DNA of 30,913 nt from Lysobacterales bacterium (GCA_022844165.1 JALHMH010000046.1:1-30913); one strand, 5' to 3'. Shown: positions 1-8,053, counted from the first letter of the stretch. A program made the numbers and translations. Notes: generated from the letters alone by a model not told the origin.

Positions 1-111
1 GCTCATCGAGGCCAGCGGCAGCTTTGCTTCTCAACCACCACCAACCGAGCCATCTGACATCCCGATTGTTCATCTTAATAATTGACGAAAAACGTTGGAA
101 AAAGGTTGACA
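1..111 (+). mobile_element. Probable right end of an insertion sequence (TGT/CA-ended, IS21-like or similar), with the 3' end of an incoming ORF (2..85)
   Basis: AT-rich stretch ~65-111 in GC-rich DNA, ending ...GGTTGACA (TGTCAACC on the minus strand), with an internal 11-bp near-repeat CAACCTTTTTC/CAACGTTTTTC. A + strand frame (LIEASGSFASQPPPTEPSDIPIVHLNN*) stops at 85. The neighbouring TPR gene runs into this sequence. No transposase motif is visible in the window. Confidence 0.4.
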
Positions 112-1893
112 CATTCCGAACCAGGAGCGCACCTTGCTTTCGCTCAGGGTGCTGGCCAACGGACCCACGTAAGGCAGGTAACGTTCGAATATTGCGTTGT
201 CCAGCAAAGATGCGGGCAAAGCGCTGCGGAGCTTGATGGTCTGGTGCGCTTGCCGAATCTGGCCGAGCGCGATCTGCAGATCAGACTTGGCTTTCAACGC
301 CAAATCGCGTTGCTGATTGTCCAGTTTGCGCGCAAGCAGCTTATCAATATCGGCTAACGCAGCTTCGCCTTCGCCCAGATCATGTCGCAGCCGGGCACGC
401 TGCAGGTCTGCCGAAATGAGATCGGGGCGCACCGCTTGGGCCTGCCCAAGATAATCCGCCGCTTGCGTATGACCACCGCGTACGCTTTCGATAGATGCCA
501 ACGCTCGCAGCGTCGAATAGTCTGTCGGATCGAGGCGCAATGCTTGTTCCGCGAGTTGCAGGGCATCGTCGCTACGCCGCTGGCGCAGGAACATCGTGGC
601 GCGCGACGACATCTCAGAGGCGGATCCCGATTCCAGCGTCAGCGTTTTGATCGCATCCATCGCCTCCGCATTGTTCGGATCTTCGCTTAGTCGCAGTTCG
701 GCGATCGCCAATCGCGGCGCGCGATCCCATGGTGCAGTGCGCGCCCAGGTATCAAGTACTTGACGCTCACCGGTCTTGTCGTCGCGCGCCTGTGCAATGA
801 AACGTTGGATCGTGAAACGGAAATTGACTGGTAGCACATCGAGATGCGGCAACATGGTTTCCAATGCTGGCAATCCCTCCAGCATCGTGTTGTTGGGATT
901 GACGGTCACACTGAGGTATTTGGCGATCAAGAAGTTAGGATCGAGCGACTGTGCCTTTTCGAACGCCTGTGTGGCGCCAACACGATCCTTGCCCAGGATG
1001 ACGCGCACGTTGCCCTCGACGTAAGACTTCGCCGCCTCAAGCGACTCCGTGGTCACGCTCCGAATATCCGGATCGTTGGCTTGCGCCAAGGCCTTTGGCG
1101 GCGCCAGTTCCGTGCGGACGAGCGCTGCCAGTTGGTTGATCGCGTCCCATTCGTCGCGCGCGCTCAGTTCGAAAGGCCCGAGCGTGGCATCGGGCCGAAG
1201 TCGGTAGATGTCGACAATCATCCTGAACATCGGTCCGTCGCGAACGATGCGCCCGCTCACGATCGCACGAAACCCGAGCGCAACCGCAGCGCGACGGCGA
1301 ACGGCGGCGGGTGCGGCCACAATTTCCTTCACGCCATTGCGCTCCAGGAATGCCATCAGCGCCGGTGTCGTCGTCGAAAGCACCGAGCGCGCCGCAAAAC
1401 GCCCATCGAAAAAGAGATCGTACTCGGCCAGCAAGGGCAATCCAAATTGCATCCAGGCGTCGTTCGGCGCGCCGCCTGCGTCGAAGGCATAGATGAGCAC
1501 GTCGCTCACCTGCTCTTCGCGCCGCGCCTTTGGTACTGAGGGGGTTGCAGGCGTCTCGGCCGCAGCTGAGGAGGTCGGTTGCTCCGGCTGTAGCGCGAAG
1601 CGCCAGCCGACGCTGCCCGCGCACAGCAGAGCAAACAGCGCAATGAGCGCACGATCCAATCCGGAGAAGATCGCTGGGCCCGGCGCCCCGATTCGCCAAA
1701 TGAGCAGAATCGCCAGTGGTGCACCGCTGACCATTGCCGTGAGCGACAAATCGACCGATCGATCCGGCCAGCCATAGCGCTCGACCATAAAGCTCAAAAA
1801 CTGCACCAGCGCCCACATCAGACCGAAATAGCCCGCCAGCAGCGGCAGTACACGGCGTTCCTTGATCTTCGCCCAGAAGCTTTGTTCGCGCAC
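70..1893 (-). CDS. Membrane-anchored TPR-repeat protein (three N-terminal TM helices, TolB-N-like domain, TPR repeats); possibly 3'-truncated
   Basis: GTG start. N-terminal SFWAKIKERRVLPLLAGY followed by three hydrophobic segments and a Pro/Ala linker. TPR-like repeats (AFEKAQSLDPNF, AEQALRLDPTD, QAQAVRPDL). The last ~13 codons lie in the AT-rich IS-like end. Confidence 0.75.
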   Translation of the reverse strand: MREQSFWAKIKERRVLPLLAGYFGLMWALVQFLSFMVERYGWPDRSVDLSLTAMVSGAPLAILLIWRIGAPGPAIFSGLDRALIALFALLCAGSVGWRFALQPEQPTSSAAAETPATPSVPKARREEQVSDVLIYAFDAGGAPNDAWMQFGLPLLAEYDLFFDGRFAARSVLSTTTPALMAFLERNGVKEIVAAPAAVRRRAAVALGFRAIVSGRIVRDGPMFRMIVDIYRLRPDATLGPFELSARDEWDAINQLAALVRTELAPPKALAQANDPDIRSVTTESLEAAKSYVEGNVRVILGKDRVGATQAFEKAQSLDPNFLIAKYLSVTVNPNNTMLEGLPALETMLPHLDVLPVNFRFTIQRFIAQARDDKTGERQVLDTWARTAPWDRAPRLAIAELRLSEDPNNAEAMDAIKTLTLESGSASEMSSRATMFLRQRRSDDALQLAEQALRLDPTDYSTLRALASIESVRGGHTQAADYLGQAQAVRPDLISADLQRARLRHDLGEGEAALADIDKLLARKLDNQQRDLALKAKSDLQIALGQIRQAHQTIKLRSALPASLLDNAIFERYLPYVGPLASTLSESKVRSWFGMCQPFSNVFRQLLR

Positions 1894-1948
1894 GCGGTCA
1901 TGTTTCCTGGCTTGTTGGTGTCGAGTTTAGCGAGAAATCCGCGCCCAA

Positions 1949-1972
1949 GCGCCGGGCCCCATTGCCCGGCGC
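1949..1972. other. GC-rich stem-loop just downstream of the slipin stop codon (possible 3'-stabilising hairpin or weak terminator)
   Basis: GCGCCGGGC-CCCATT-GCCCGGCGC, perfect 9-bp stem, no clear U-tract. Confidence 0.45.
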
Positions 1973-1980
1973 ATTCCAAC

Positions 1981-3111
1981 TCACTTCGGCAGCAACTTCA
2001 TGACGCTCTCGAGACCGCCCAACACGTTGAGTTGCCCAACGTTGCCGGTGATCTTCTCCAGCGCTTCCAGTTCCTTCAACCGCAGCAACACCGGACTCTC
2101 TTCCAGCAGCTTTGCGGTGTTCAGCAAGCTGCGCGTGGCGGCGGTTTCCTCGCGACGCTTGATCAAGTTGGCCTGCGCCAGCTTCTCGGCCTCGACCACC
2201 TGGTTCAACAGCGCCTTCATCTCGCCCGGCAAGATCAGGTCCTTGACGCCTACGCTCACCAGTTGCACGCCCACATCATCGAGCTTGGCTCGCGCGTACT
2301 CGGCGATCTCGACGTCGACCACGCCCTTGTCTTGCAGCAACGCATCCAAAGACCGCGCTCCCAACGCCTGACGCAAGCCGAACTGCAGCTCGCGATAGGC
2401 ATACGCCTTGACGTCTGCAACCCGCGACTTCAGCTTCACGACATCGGTGACGCGATACACAGCGCACACGTTGGCGCGGATGCTGACCTTGTCGCGCGTC
2501 AGGATGTCCTGGCCGCTGACATCCAACTCGATCAGTCGCATATCCACGGTCTCAACGCGCAGGCTGCGACCGAAACGCCAGAAGCCGTAGACCCCGGACG
2601 ACAAGGTTTGCGTGAGCGCACCGTCGATCCACACCAAGCCTGTCTGTTCGGCACCGACCTCGACCAACTGCACGGCCTGCGCTACGTCCTTCGCCAATTC
2701 CGTCGAACCCGGCGCACGCAACGCGGTCAGCGTTCGCGCCCCGACCGCAGCGCCCGCCTTCAGGTCGATCCGCTCGACGCTGATCGGCTCGGAGGCGCGC
2801 CAGTAAAACTGCCGCGAGCCCGGCGCCAAAACGCGCACGAGTTTGCCGCGCTCACGCACCAGCCCAACCTCATCTGCGGCCAAATCGACCTCCACGATCT
2901 CGGCCTCGAGCGCGCCGCGGTGCAAGCGAAACAGCGCCTCGATGCCGGCCACGTTGACCTGCGGTCGATCGAGACGATCGGTCAAGAATTGCGGCGCGCG
3001 GCCCAAGCCATAGCGAAGGTGACGTCCCGGCGCGAGCACACGCTGAAAGCGTCCATCGTGCAACTCGATTGCGCGCTCGTTATCAGCCACCTGGGTTCGA
3101 GTGAAGTACAT
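1981..3111 (-). CDS. Slipin-family SPFH/Band 7 domain protein
   Basis: ATG with AAGGAG RBS. Three N-terminal repeats of the type ER.L...DG....L.PG. SPFH core (VSGQDILTRDKVSIRAN, VKDLILPGEMK). C-terminal AQANLIKRREETAATRSLLNTAKLLEESPVLLRLKELEALEKI typical of slipins. Confidence 0.9.
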   Translation of the reverse strand: MYFTRTQVADNERAIELHDGRFQRVLAPGRHLRYGLGRAPQFLTDRLDRPQVNVAGIEALFRLHRGALEAEIVEVDLAADEVGLVRERGKLVRVLAPGSRQFYWRASEPISVERIDLKAGAAVGARTLTALRAPGSTELAKDVAQAVQLVEVGAEQTGLVWIDGALTQTLSSGVYGFWRFGRSLRVETVDMRLIELDVSGQDILTRDKVSIRANVCAVYRVTDVVKLKSRVADVKAYAYRELQFGLRQALGARSLDALLQDKGVVDVEIAEYARAKLDDVGVQLVSVGVKDLILPGEMKALLNQVVEAEKLAQANLIKRREETAATRSLLNTAKLLEESPVLLRLKELEALEKITGNVGQLNVLGGLESVMKLLPK

Positions 3112-3449
3112 GGCACATCTCCTTGTTGTTTTTCATATCGTTGGATAACGCCCAGAGCCCCACGCCGCCGGCGTGGGCGATGGGGCGAGTGACTTGCGAT
3201 CGGCGGCATGACCATCGGCCTGTGCATCGCAAGCGATGCGCTTCGTACCGATGGCGTATCCACTACATTCGCCACCCGCTTGACCACCGCGCAGAACGCG
3301 TCTAACGCTGCGTATTGGACTGACGCGTATCCGCCCTGCCCGGCTCGGATACCGCCAGCACCCAACACGCCGGGGCCCTTGGCGCCGCGTCTCGCGACGC
3401 GGATGCCGGGAACCGCCCGGCCGGTCTTACTTCCATGCGGCGTGACAGG

Positions 3450-3521
3450 CCGTTGCGACGGGAGTCGAACCCGCTACCGAGTCATTAACAGTGACTTGCT
3501 CTACCCATGAGCTACGCATGT
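3450..3521 (-). tRNA. tRNA-Asn(GTT)-like element with a degenerate acceptor stem (pseudo-tRNA or tRNA mimic)
   Basis: Minus strand: acaTGCG TA GCTC-ATGGGTA-GAGC A AGTCA-CTGTTAA-TGACT CGGTA GCGGG-TTCGACT-CCCGT CGCAacg G CCT. D, anticodon and T arms are canonical, anticodon GTT at 3487-3489, discriminator G. Only 4 of 7 acceptor pairs form, and CCT replaces CCA. Confidence 0.75.
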
Positions 3522-3572
3522 TGGGCTGGGTGGAGTCGAACCACCGAAGGCCCCCGATTGGGCTCCAGTCCA
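3522..3572 (-). ncRNA. Mini-tRNA-like element lacking an anticodon arm
   Basis: Minus strand: TGGACTG GA GCCC-AATCGG-GGGC CTTC GGTGG-TTCGACT-CCACC CAGCCCA. Acceptor-like stem with 6 of 7 pairs, 4-bp D-like arm, perfect T arm, and only a 4-nt linker in place of the anticodon arm. Confidence 0.55.
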
Positions 3573-3789
3573 CGGTCACCGAACATCGTGTTTCCCGGTA
3601 CGTTGAACGGCAAAGCCATCAACGCCAGACCGGCATGGTTTCCCATAAACCGGTTATCGCTAGAAAAACACGCCGTTTCGATGCGCTGTTTGAATCGGCC
3701 GTTAATCCGATTCGAAATTCGTATATTCCAGGCAATAATCGTCCGTCGTCGAAAACGATTTTTTCGACGTTGAACTCAGGGGGTGCTGG

Positions 3790-3828
3790 AAAATAAAAAA
3801 CCCCCGGTGCAGCAGCACCGAGGGCTTT
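3790..3828 (-). terminator. Intrinsic terminator (attenuator position)
   Basis: Minus strand AAAGCCCTCGGTGC-TGCT-GCACCGGGGG-TTTTTTATTTT: GC-rich stem followed by a long U-tract, 50 nt after the leader ORF stop. Confidence 0.85.
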
Positions 3829-3878
3829 AGAGAATCAAAGCATACTCAGGGCTGCCAACGCAGCCCTGACAAGCAAGG

Positions 3879-3941
3879 CTACGCGCGACGGCGCATTGGA
3901 TTGAATCCATGCGGTCGACAGGGAATACCGTGCTTGATCAT
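3879..3941 (-). CDS. Putative 20-aa leader (attenuator) peptide MIKHGIPCRPHGFNPMRRRA
   Basis: Perfect GGAGG RBS (3949-3953) 7 nt before the ATG, placed between a promoter and a terminator. Too short for the ORF track. Confidence 0.65.
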   Translation of the reverse strand: MIKHGIPCRPHGFNPMRRRA

Positions 3942-3968
3942 GCAAGAACCTCCGAATGAGTGCCGCGT

Positions 3969-3996
3969 ATTATTCTCAACTCTATTCTCTTGTCAA
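3969..3996 (-). promoter_or_regulatory. Sigma70-type promoter for the leader/ncRNA/slipin unit
   Basis: TTGACA (3996-3991), 16-nt spacer, AATAAT (3974-3969) in an AT-rich patch, just upstream of the GGAGG RBS. Confidence 0.65.
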
Positions 3997-4167
3997 GTGG
4001 CCATTAATGACCACTCGTCGGATTATTGAACCGACGGGGTTCATTGCCAGAAGGCTGAAACCACCGCAGTGCCACAGAACCACCGCGCTCCACGCACTAC
4101 TGGACACAACTAACTCTGACAGGGCGCGGCTCCAGTAGACTTCAGGCAAGTTACCAGGAGAACCGCC

Positions 4168-5277
4168 ATGAAAGTTCGAGCCGCCGTCGCCTATCGCGCA
4201 GGAGCGCCGTTGACCGTTGAAACCGTCGATCTCGATGGCCCGCGCGCCGGGGAAGTGCTGGTTGACATTCGCGCCACGGGCATCTGTCATACCGATGCGT
4301 ACACACTGTCTGGCGCCGATGCCGAAGGCAAGTTTCCGGCAATACTCGGCCATGAAGGCGCAGGTGTCGTGGTGGATGTCGGCGCGGGTGTGAAGAGCGT
4401 GCGCAAGGGCGATCACGTGATTCCGCTGTACACACCAGAGTGCCGTGAATGCGAGTACTGCTTGAATCCCAAGACCAATCTCTGCCAGGCGATTCGCAGC
4501 ACGCAAGGTCAGGGGCTGATGCCGGATGGCACCAGCCGATTTTCGATTGGCGGCGAACCGATCTATCACTACATGGGAACGTCGACTTTCGCCAACTACA
4601 TCGTGCTGCCGGAAATTGCGGTGGCGAAAATTCGCGAAGACGCGCCGTTCGACAAGGTGTGCTACATCGGCTGCGGCGTGACCACGGGGATCGGTGCCGT
4701 GATCTACACGGCCAAAGTCGAGCCTGGTTCGCGCGTGGTTGTGTTCGGCCTCGGCGGTATCGGCTTGAACGTAATTCAAGGCGCACGGATGGTCGGCGCG
4801 GCGCAGATCGTTGGTGTCGATATCAATCCCGCGAAGCGCGCCCTCGCCGAAAAATTCGGCATGACGGATTTCGTGAACCCTAAAGAAGTCGACGGCGATC
4901 TCGTCGCGTATTTGGTCTCGCTGACCAAAGGTGGCGCCGACTACAGCTTCGAGTGCGTCGGCAACCCCACCTTGATGCGTCAGGCGCTCGAGTGTTGCCA
5001 CAAAGGCTGGGGAACATCCGTGATCATCGGCGTCGCCGAGTCCGGCAAAGAGATTTCGACGCGCCCGTTCCAACTGGTCACCGGACGCAACTGGCGCGGC
5101 AGCGCCTTCGGTGGCGCGCGTGGACGCACCGATGTGCCGAAGATCGTCGATTGGTATATGGAAGGCCGCATTGATATCGACAGCCTGATCACGCATACGA
5201 TGCCGCTGGAACGCATCAACGATGGCTTTGAGCTGATGCATCGCGGCGAGTCCATTCGCAGCGTGGTTCTTTTTTGA
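4168..5277 (+). CDS. frmA: S-(hydroxymethyl)glutathione dehydrogenase / class III alcohol dehydrogenase
   Basis: GICHTDAYTLSGAD, GHEGAG, CRECEYC...NLC Zn cluster, GLGGIG, ISTRPFQLVTGR; AGGAG RBS. Confidence 0.97.
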   Translation: MKVRAAVAYRAGAPLTVETVDLDGPRAGEVLVDIRATGICHTDAYTLSGADAEGKFPAILGHEGAGVVVDVGAGVKSVRKGDHVIPLYTPECRECEYCLNPKTNLCQAIRSTQGQGLMPDGTSRFSIGGEPIYHYMGTSTFANYIVLPEIAVAKIREDAPFDKVCYIGCGVTTGIGAVIYTAKVEPGSRVVVFGLGGIGLNVIQGARMVGAAQIVGVDINPAKRALAEKFGMTDFVNPKEVDGDLVAYLVSLTKGGADYSFECVGNPTLMRQALECCHKGWGTSVIIGVAESGKEISTRPFQLVTGRNWRGSAFGGARGRTDVPKIVDWYMEGRIDIDSLITHTMPLERINDGFELMHRGESIRSVVLF

Positions 5278-6107
5278 TGGCCATCGAGATCCTCGCCGAA
5301 CACCGCTGTCACGGCGGCGTGCAAGGCTTTTATCGGCACGAGTCGAAGCACTGCAACGGGCCGATGCGCTTTGCGCTGTTTTCGCCGCCCAATCCGCGCG
5401 GCGCGCCAGTGGTATTTTGTCTCGCGGGCCTGACCTGCACCGAAGAGACCTTTGCCATCAAGGCCGGCGCCCAGCGTATCGCAGCGGAGCTCGGACTGAT
5501 GCTCCTGATGCCGGACACCAGTCCGCGCGGCACGGGATTTGCGGGTGCGACGGACGATTGGACCTTCGGCGAGGGTGCCGGATTTTGGCTGGACGCGACA
5601 GCTGATCCGTGGCGCGAGCGCTTTCGCCTCGCCAGTTGGATCGAACACGAGCTTCTCGCCATCGCCGCAGACTTCGGCGCCGACCAAGATCGCTGCGGCG
5701 TGCTTGGACACTCGATGGGTGGTCACGGCGCGCTGACATTGGCTCTCAAACGTCCGCAAATTTTCAAGAGCGTGTCGGCGTTTGCCCCGATTGTGGCACC
5801 GTCCGCCGTTCCTTGGGGGCAACGCGTGTTGCCGCGTTATCTGGGCGACGACCCAACGGCCTGGGCGCAGCACGACAGTTGCTCCCTGCTGCGGGCCGGG
5901 CATCGCTGTGCATCGCTGCTGGTCGACCAGGGGATGGCGGATAAGTTTCTGGTCGAACAGTTGCAGCCCGAACGGCTGGAAGCGGTATGCGCTGAAATGG
6001 GGCAACCGATCAGGCTACGACGACATGACGCTTACGATCACGGCTACTTCTTCATCCAGAGTTTCATCGCCGATCATTTGCAGCATCACGCGGACGCGCT
6101 CGCCTAA
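5277..6107 (+). CDS. fghA: S-formylglutathione hydrolase
   Basis: [27 protein letters not shown] nucleophile motif, [11 protein letters not shown] overlaps the frmA stop (TGATG). Confidence 0.95.
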   Translation: MAIEILAEHRCHGGVQGFYRHESKHCNGPMRFALFSPPNPRGAPVVFCLAGLTCTEETFAIKAGAQRIAAELGLMLLMPDTSPRGTGFAGATDDWTFGEGAGFWLDATADPWRERFRLASWIEHELLAIAADFGADQDRCGVLGHSMGGHGALTLALKRPQIFKSVSAFAPIVAPSAVPWGQRVLPRYLGDDPTAWAQHDSCSLLRAGHRCASLLVDQGMADKFLVEQLQPERLEAVCAEMGQPIRLRRHDAYDHGYFFIQSFIADHLQHHADALA

Positions 6108-7228
6108 CCCAGGAGCCGCTCGATCACCTGCCGATAGGTGCGCGCCAGCGGTTCGAGATCGGCCACGGCAACGTGTTCATCGATCTTATGAATGCTGGCA
6201 TTGATGGGACCCAGTTCAACGACCTCAGCGCCCGTTGGCGCGATGAAGCGGCCATCCGAGGTGCCACCGCCAGTATCGAGTACCGTCGCGATGCCAAGTT
6301 CCGATTGGATCGCCGCTTGAACGGCGTCGATCAGCGTTGCGCTCACCGTCAAAAAAGGCTCGCTGGAAACGCGAAAGCGCAACTCGTATTCAAGACCGAA
6401 CGCATCCAGGATCGACTCGACTTGCGCACGCAGGCTGGCTTCAGTACTCGCCGTGCCATAGCGAAAATTGAAGTTCACGAACAACTCGCCGGGGATGACG
6501 TTGTTCGCACCGGTGCCGGCCCTCACCTCATAGATTTGGAACGATGTCGGTGGGAAATGCGCGTTGCCCTGGTCGAACTGTGTTGCCGCCAACTGTGCCA
6601 GCGCCGGAGCCGCCTGGTGAATCGGATTTCGCGCCAATTCAGGGTAGGCCACGTGGCCCTGAATCCCCTTGACCGTGAGATAGCCGTGCATCGATCCACG
6701 TCGACCAATGCGCACACGATCACCCAGGCGCGTCGACGACGATGGCTCGCCAATCAGTGCATAGTCGATGGCGATGCCACGCTCTTTCAGCCAAGGCATC
6801 ACGGCTTGAATGCCATCGCGTGCCGGGCCTTCTTCGTCGCTGGTCAGCAATAACGCCAGCGTGCCTGTGTGATCGGGCATGGCAGCGACAAATTCTTCCG
6901 CTGCGCAGACCATTGCCGCGATGGACGCCTTCATGTCCGCGGCACCGCGACCGTAGAGTTTTCCGTCGCGCACATCGGGCTCGAAAGGCGCGCTCGACCA
7001 CTGCTCCAGCGGCCCGGGCGGAACCACATCGGTATGGCCAACCAGAGCCAGGACCGGCGCACCGCTGCCACGCGTGATCCAGAGGTTATCAGTTTCGCCA
7101 AAGCGCAAGTGTTCGGCGCGAAAGCCGCACTGCGCCAGACGCTCCGCAATCAGTGCCTGACAACCGGCGTCGTCGGGTGTGATCGACGCACGCGAAATCA
7201 GCGCCTCGGCTAAAGCTTGTACGCGCAT
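6104..7228 (-). CDS. dapE: Succinyl-diaminopimelate desuccinylase
   Basis: [51 protein letters not shown]. Confidence 0.97.
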   Translation of the reverse strand: MRVQALAEALISRASITPDDAGCQALIAERLAQCGFRAEHLRFGETDNLWITRGSGAPVLALVGHTDVVPPGPLEQWSSAPFEPDVRDGKLYGRGAADMKASIAAMVCAAEEFVAAMPDHTGTLALLLTSDEEGPARDGIQAVMPWLKERGIAIDYALIGEPSSSTRLGDRVRIGRRGSMHGYLTVKGIQGHVAYPELARNPIHQAAPALAQLAATQFDQGNAHFPPTSFQIYEVRAGTGANNVIPGELFVNFNFRYGTASTEASLRAQVESILDAFGLEYELRFRVSSEPFLTVSATLIDAVQAAIQSELGIATVLDTGGGTSDGRFIAPTGAEVVELGPINASIHKIDEHVAVADLEPLARTYRQVIERLLG

Positions 7229-7234
7229 CGTGCT

Positions 7235-8053
7235 CTAACTCCTCAACAGCTCGTTGATGCTGGTCTTCGAGCGCGTTTTTTCGTCGACGCGTTTGACGAC
7301 GATCGCCGCATACAAACTATGCGATCCATCCGCCGCAGGCAGGCCTCCTGAAACCACCACCGAGCCTGCGGGCACGCGCCCATAACTGATCTGCCCGGTC
7401 GAACGATCGTAGATGCGGGTGCTTTGCCCGAGATACACACCCATGCCAATCACGCTGCCACGCTCGACGATCACGCCTTCGACCACTTCCGAGCGCGCGC
7501 CAATAAAACAATCGTCTTCGATGATCGTCGGTGCTGCCTGTAAGGGCTCCAGGACGCCACCGATCCCAACGCCACCCGACAAATGAACGTTGCGTCCGAT
7601 CTGCGCACATGAACCCACCGTCGCCCAGGTATCGACCATGGTTCCGGCGCCAACATACGCGCCGATGTTCACGAAGCTCGGCATGAGTACGGCATCGCGG
7701 CCGATATACGCCCCTTCGCGCACCACAGCGCCAGGAACCACACGCGCGCCAACCGCCTCGAACTGCGCCGCGTCGGCCGCAGCAAAGCGCAGTGCGACTT
7801 TGTCGTAATACGCAGCGGGCTGTGCCGGCATGGTCACACTGGCCGTGATCTTGAAGTGCAATAGCACCGCTTTCTTGATCCACTCGTTGACTTGCCAGCC
7901 GCCTGGCGTCGGCTCGGCGACCCGTCGCTCACCCGTTTCGAGGCTCTGTAGTACCTCGCGTACCGCGGTACGCAGGTCCGGCGAGCCTTGTTGCGGCGAC
8001 AGTTCGCTGCGACGTTCAAAGGCGGTTTCGATGAGAGTTCGCAAAGAGGACAT
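7235..8053 (-). CDS. dapD: 2,3,4,5-tetrahydropyridine-2,6-dicarboxylate N-succinyltransferase
   Basis: [54 protein letters not shown]. Start moved to the ATG at 8053 to match homologue length. Confidence 0.97.
   Translation of the reverse strand: MSSLRTLIETAFERRSELSPQQGSPDLRTAVREVLQSLETGERRVAEPTPGGWQVNEWIKKAVLLHFKITASVTMPAQPAAYYDKVALRFAAADAAQFEAVGARVVPGAVVREGAYIGRDAVLMPSFVNIGAYVGAGTMVDTWATVGSCAQIGRNVHLSGGVGIGGVLEPLQAAPTIIEDDCFIGARSEVVEGVIVERGSVIGMGVYLGQSTRIYDRSTGQISYGRVPAGSVVVSGGLPAADGSHSLYAAIVVKRVDEKTRSKTSINELLRS

Larger units (their letters stand above)
3125..3780 (-). ncRNA. Candidate long structured RNA or leader (~660 nt) containing two tRNA-like modules
   Basis: No credible CDS. At least ten near-contiguous hairpins, e.g. 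3747-3769, 3692-3713, 3629-3654, 3601-3624, 3405-3421, 3385-3402, 3327-3352, 3296-3328, 3212-3254, 3159-3177. Stable tetraloops read correctly on the minus strand: GAAA, GCGA and G(CUUG)C. Boundaries are approximate. Confidence 0.55.

Noticed and set aside
1882-3192. 436-aa + strand ORF, and similar antisense ORFs at 3982..5241 and 4980..6005
   Set aside because: Shadows of slipin, frmA and fghA, which carry the real family motifs.
2982-3796. Short ORFs over the structured region (2982..3368, 3123..3305, 3208..3510, 3491..3796, 3507..3773)
   Set aside because: No RBS or domain signal; they overlap the tRNA-like elements or the slipin start.
3110-3965. Sigma54 (-24/-12) promoter expected for an RtcR-regulated locus
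   Set aside because: The candidates I examined (TGGCAC at 3111, TGGC near 3627, CGGCAC near 3965) lack GG-N10-GC spacing or are on the wrong strand.
3964-3980. Fur-box-like TGAGAATAAT at the -10 element
   Set aside because: Only one half-site matches; the second half lacks ATTATCA.
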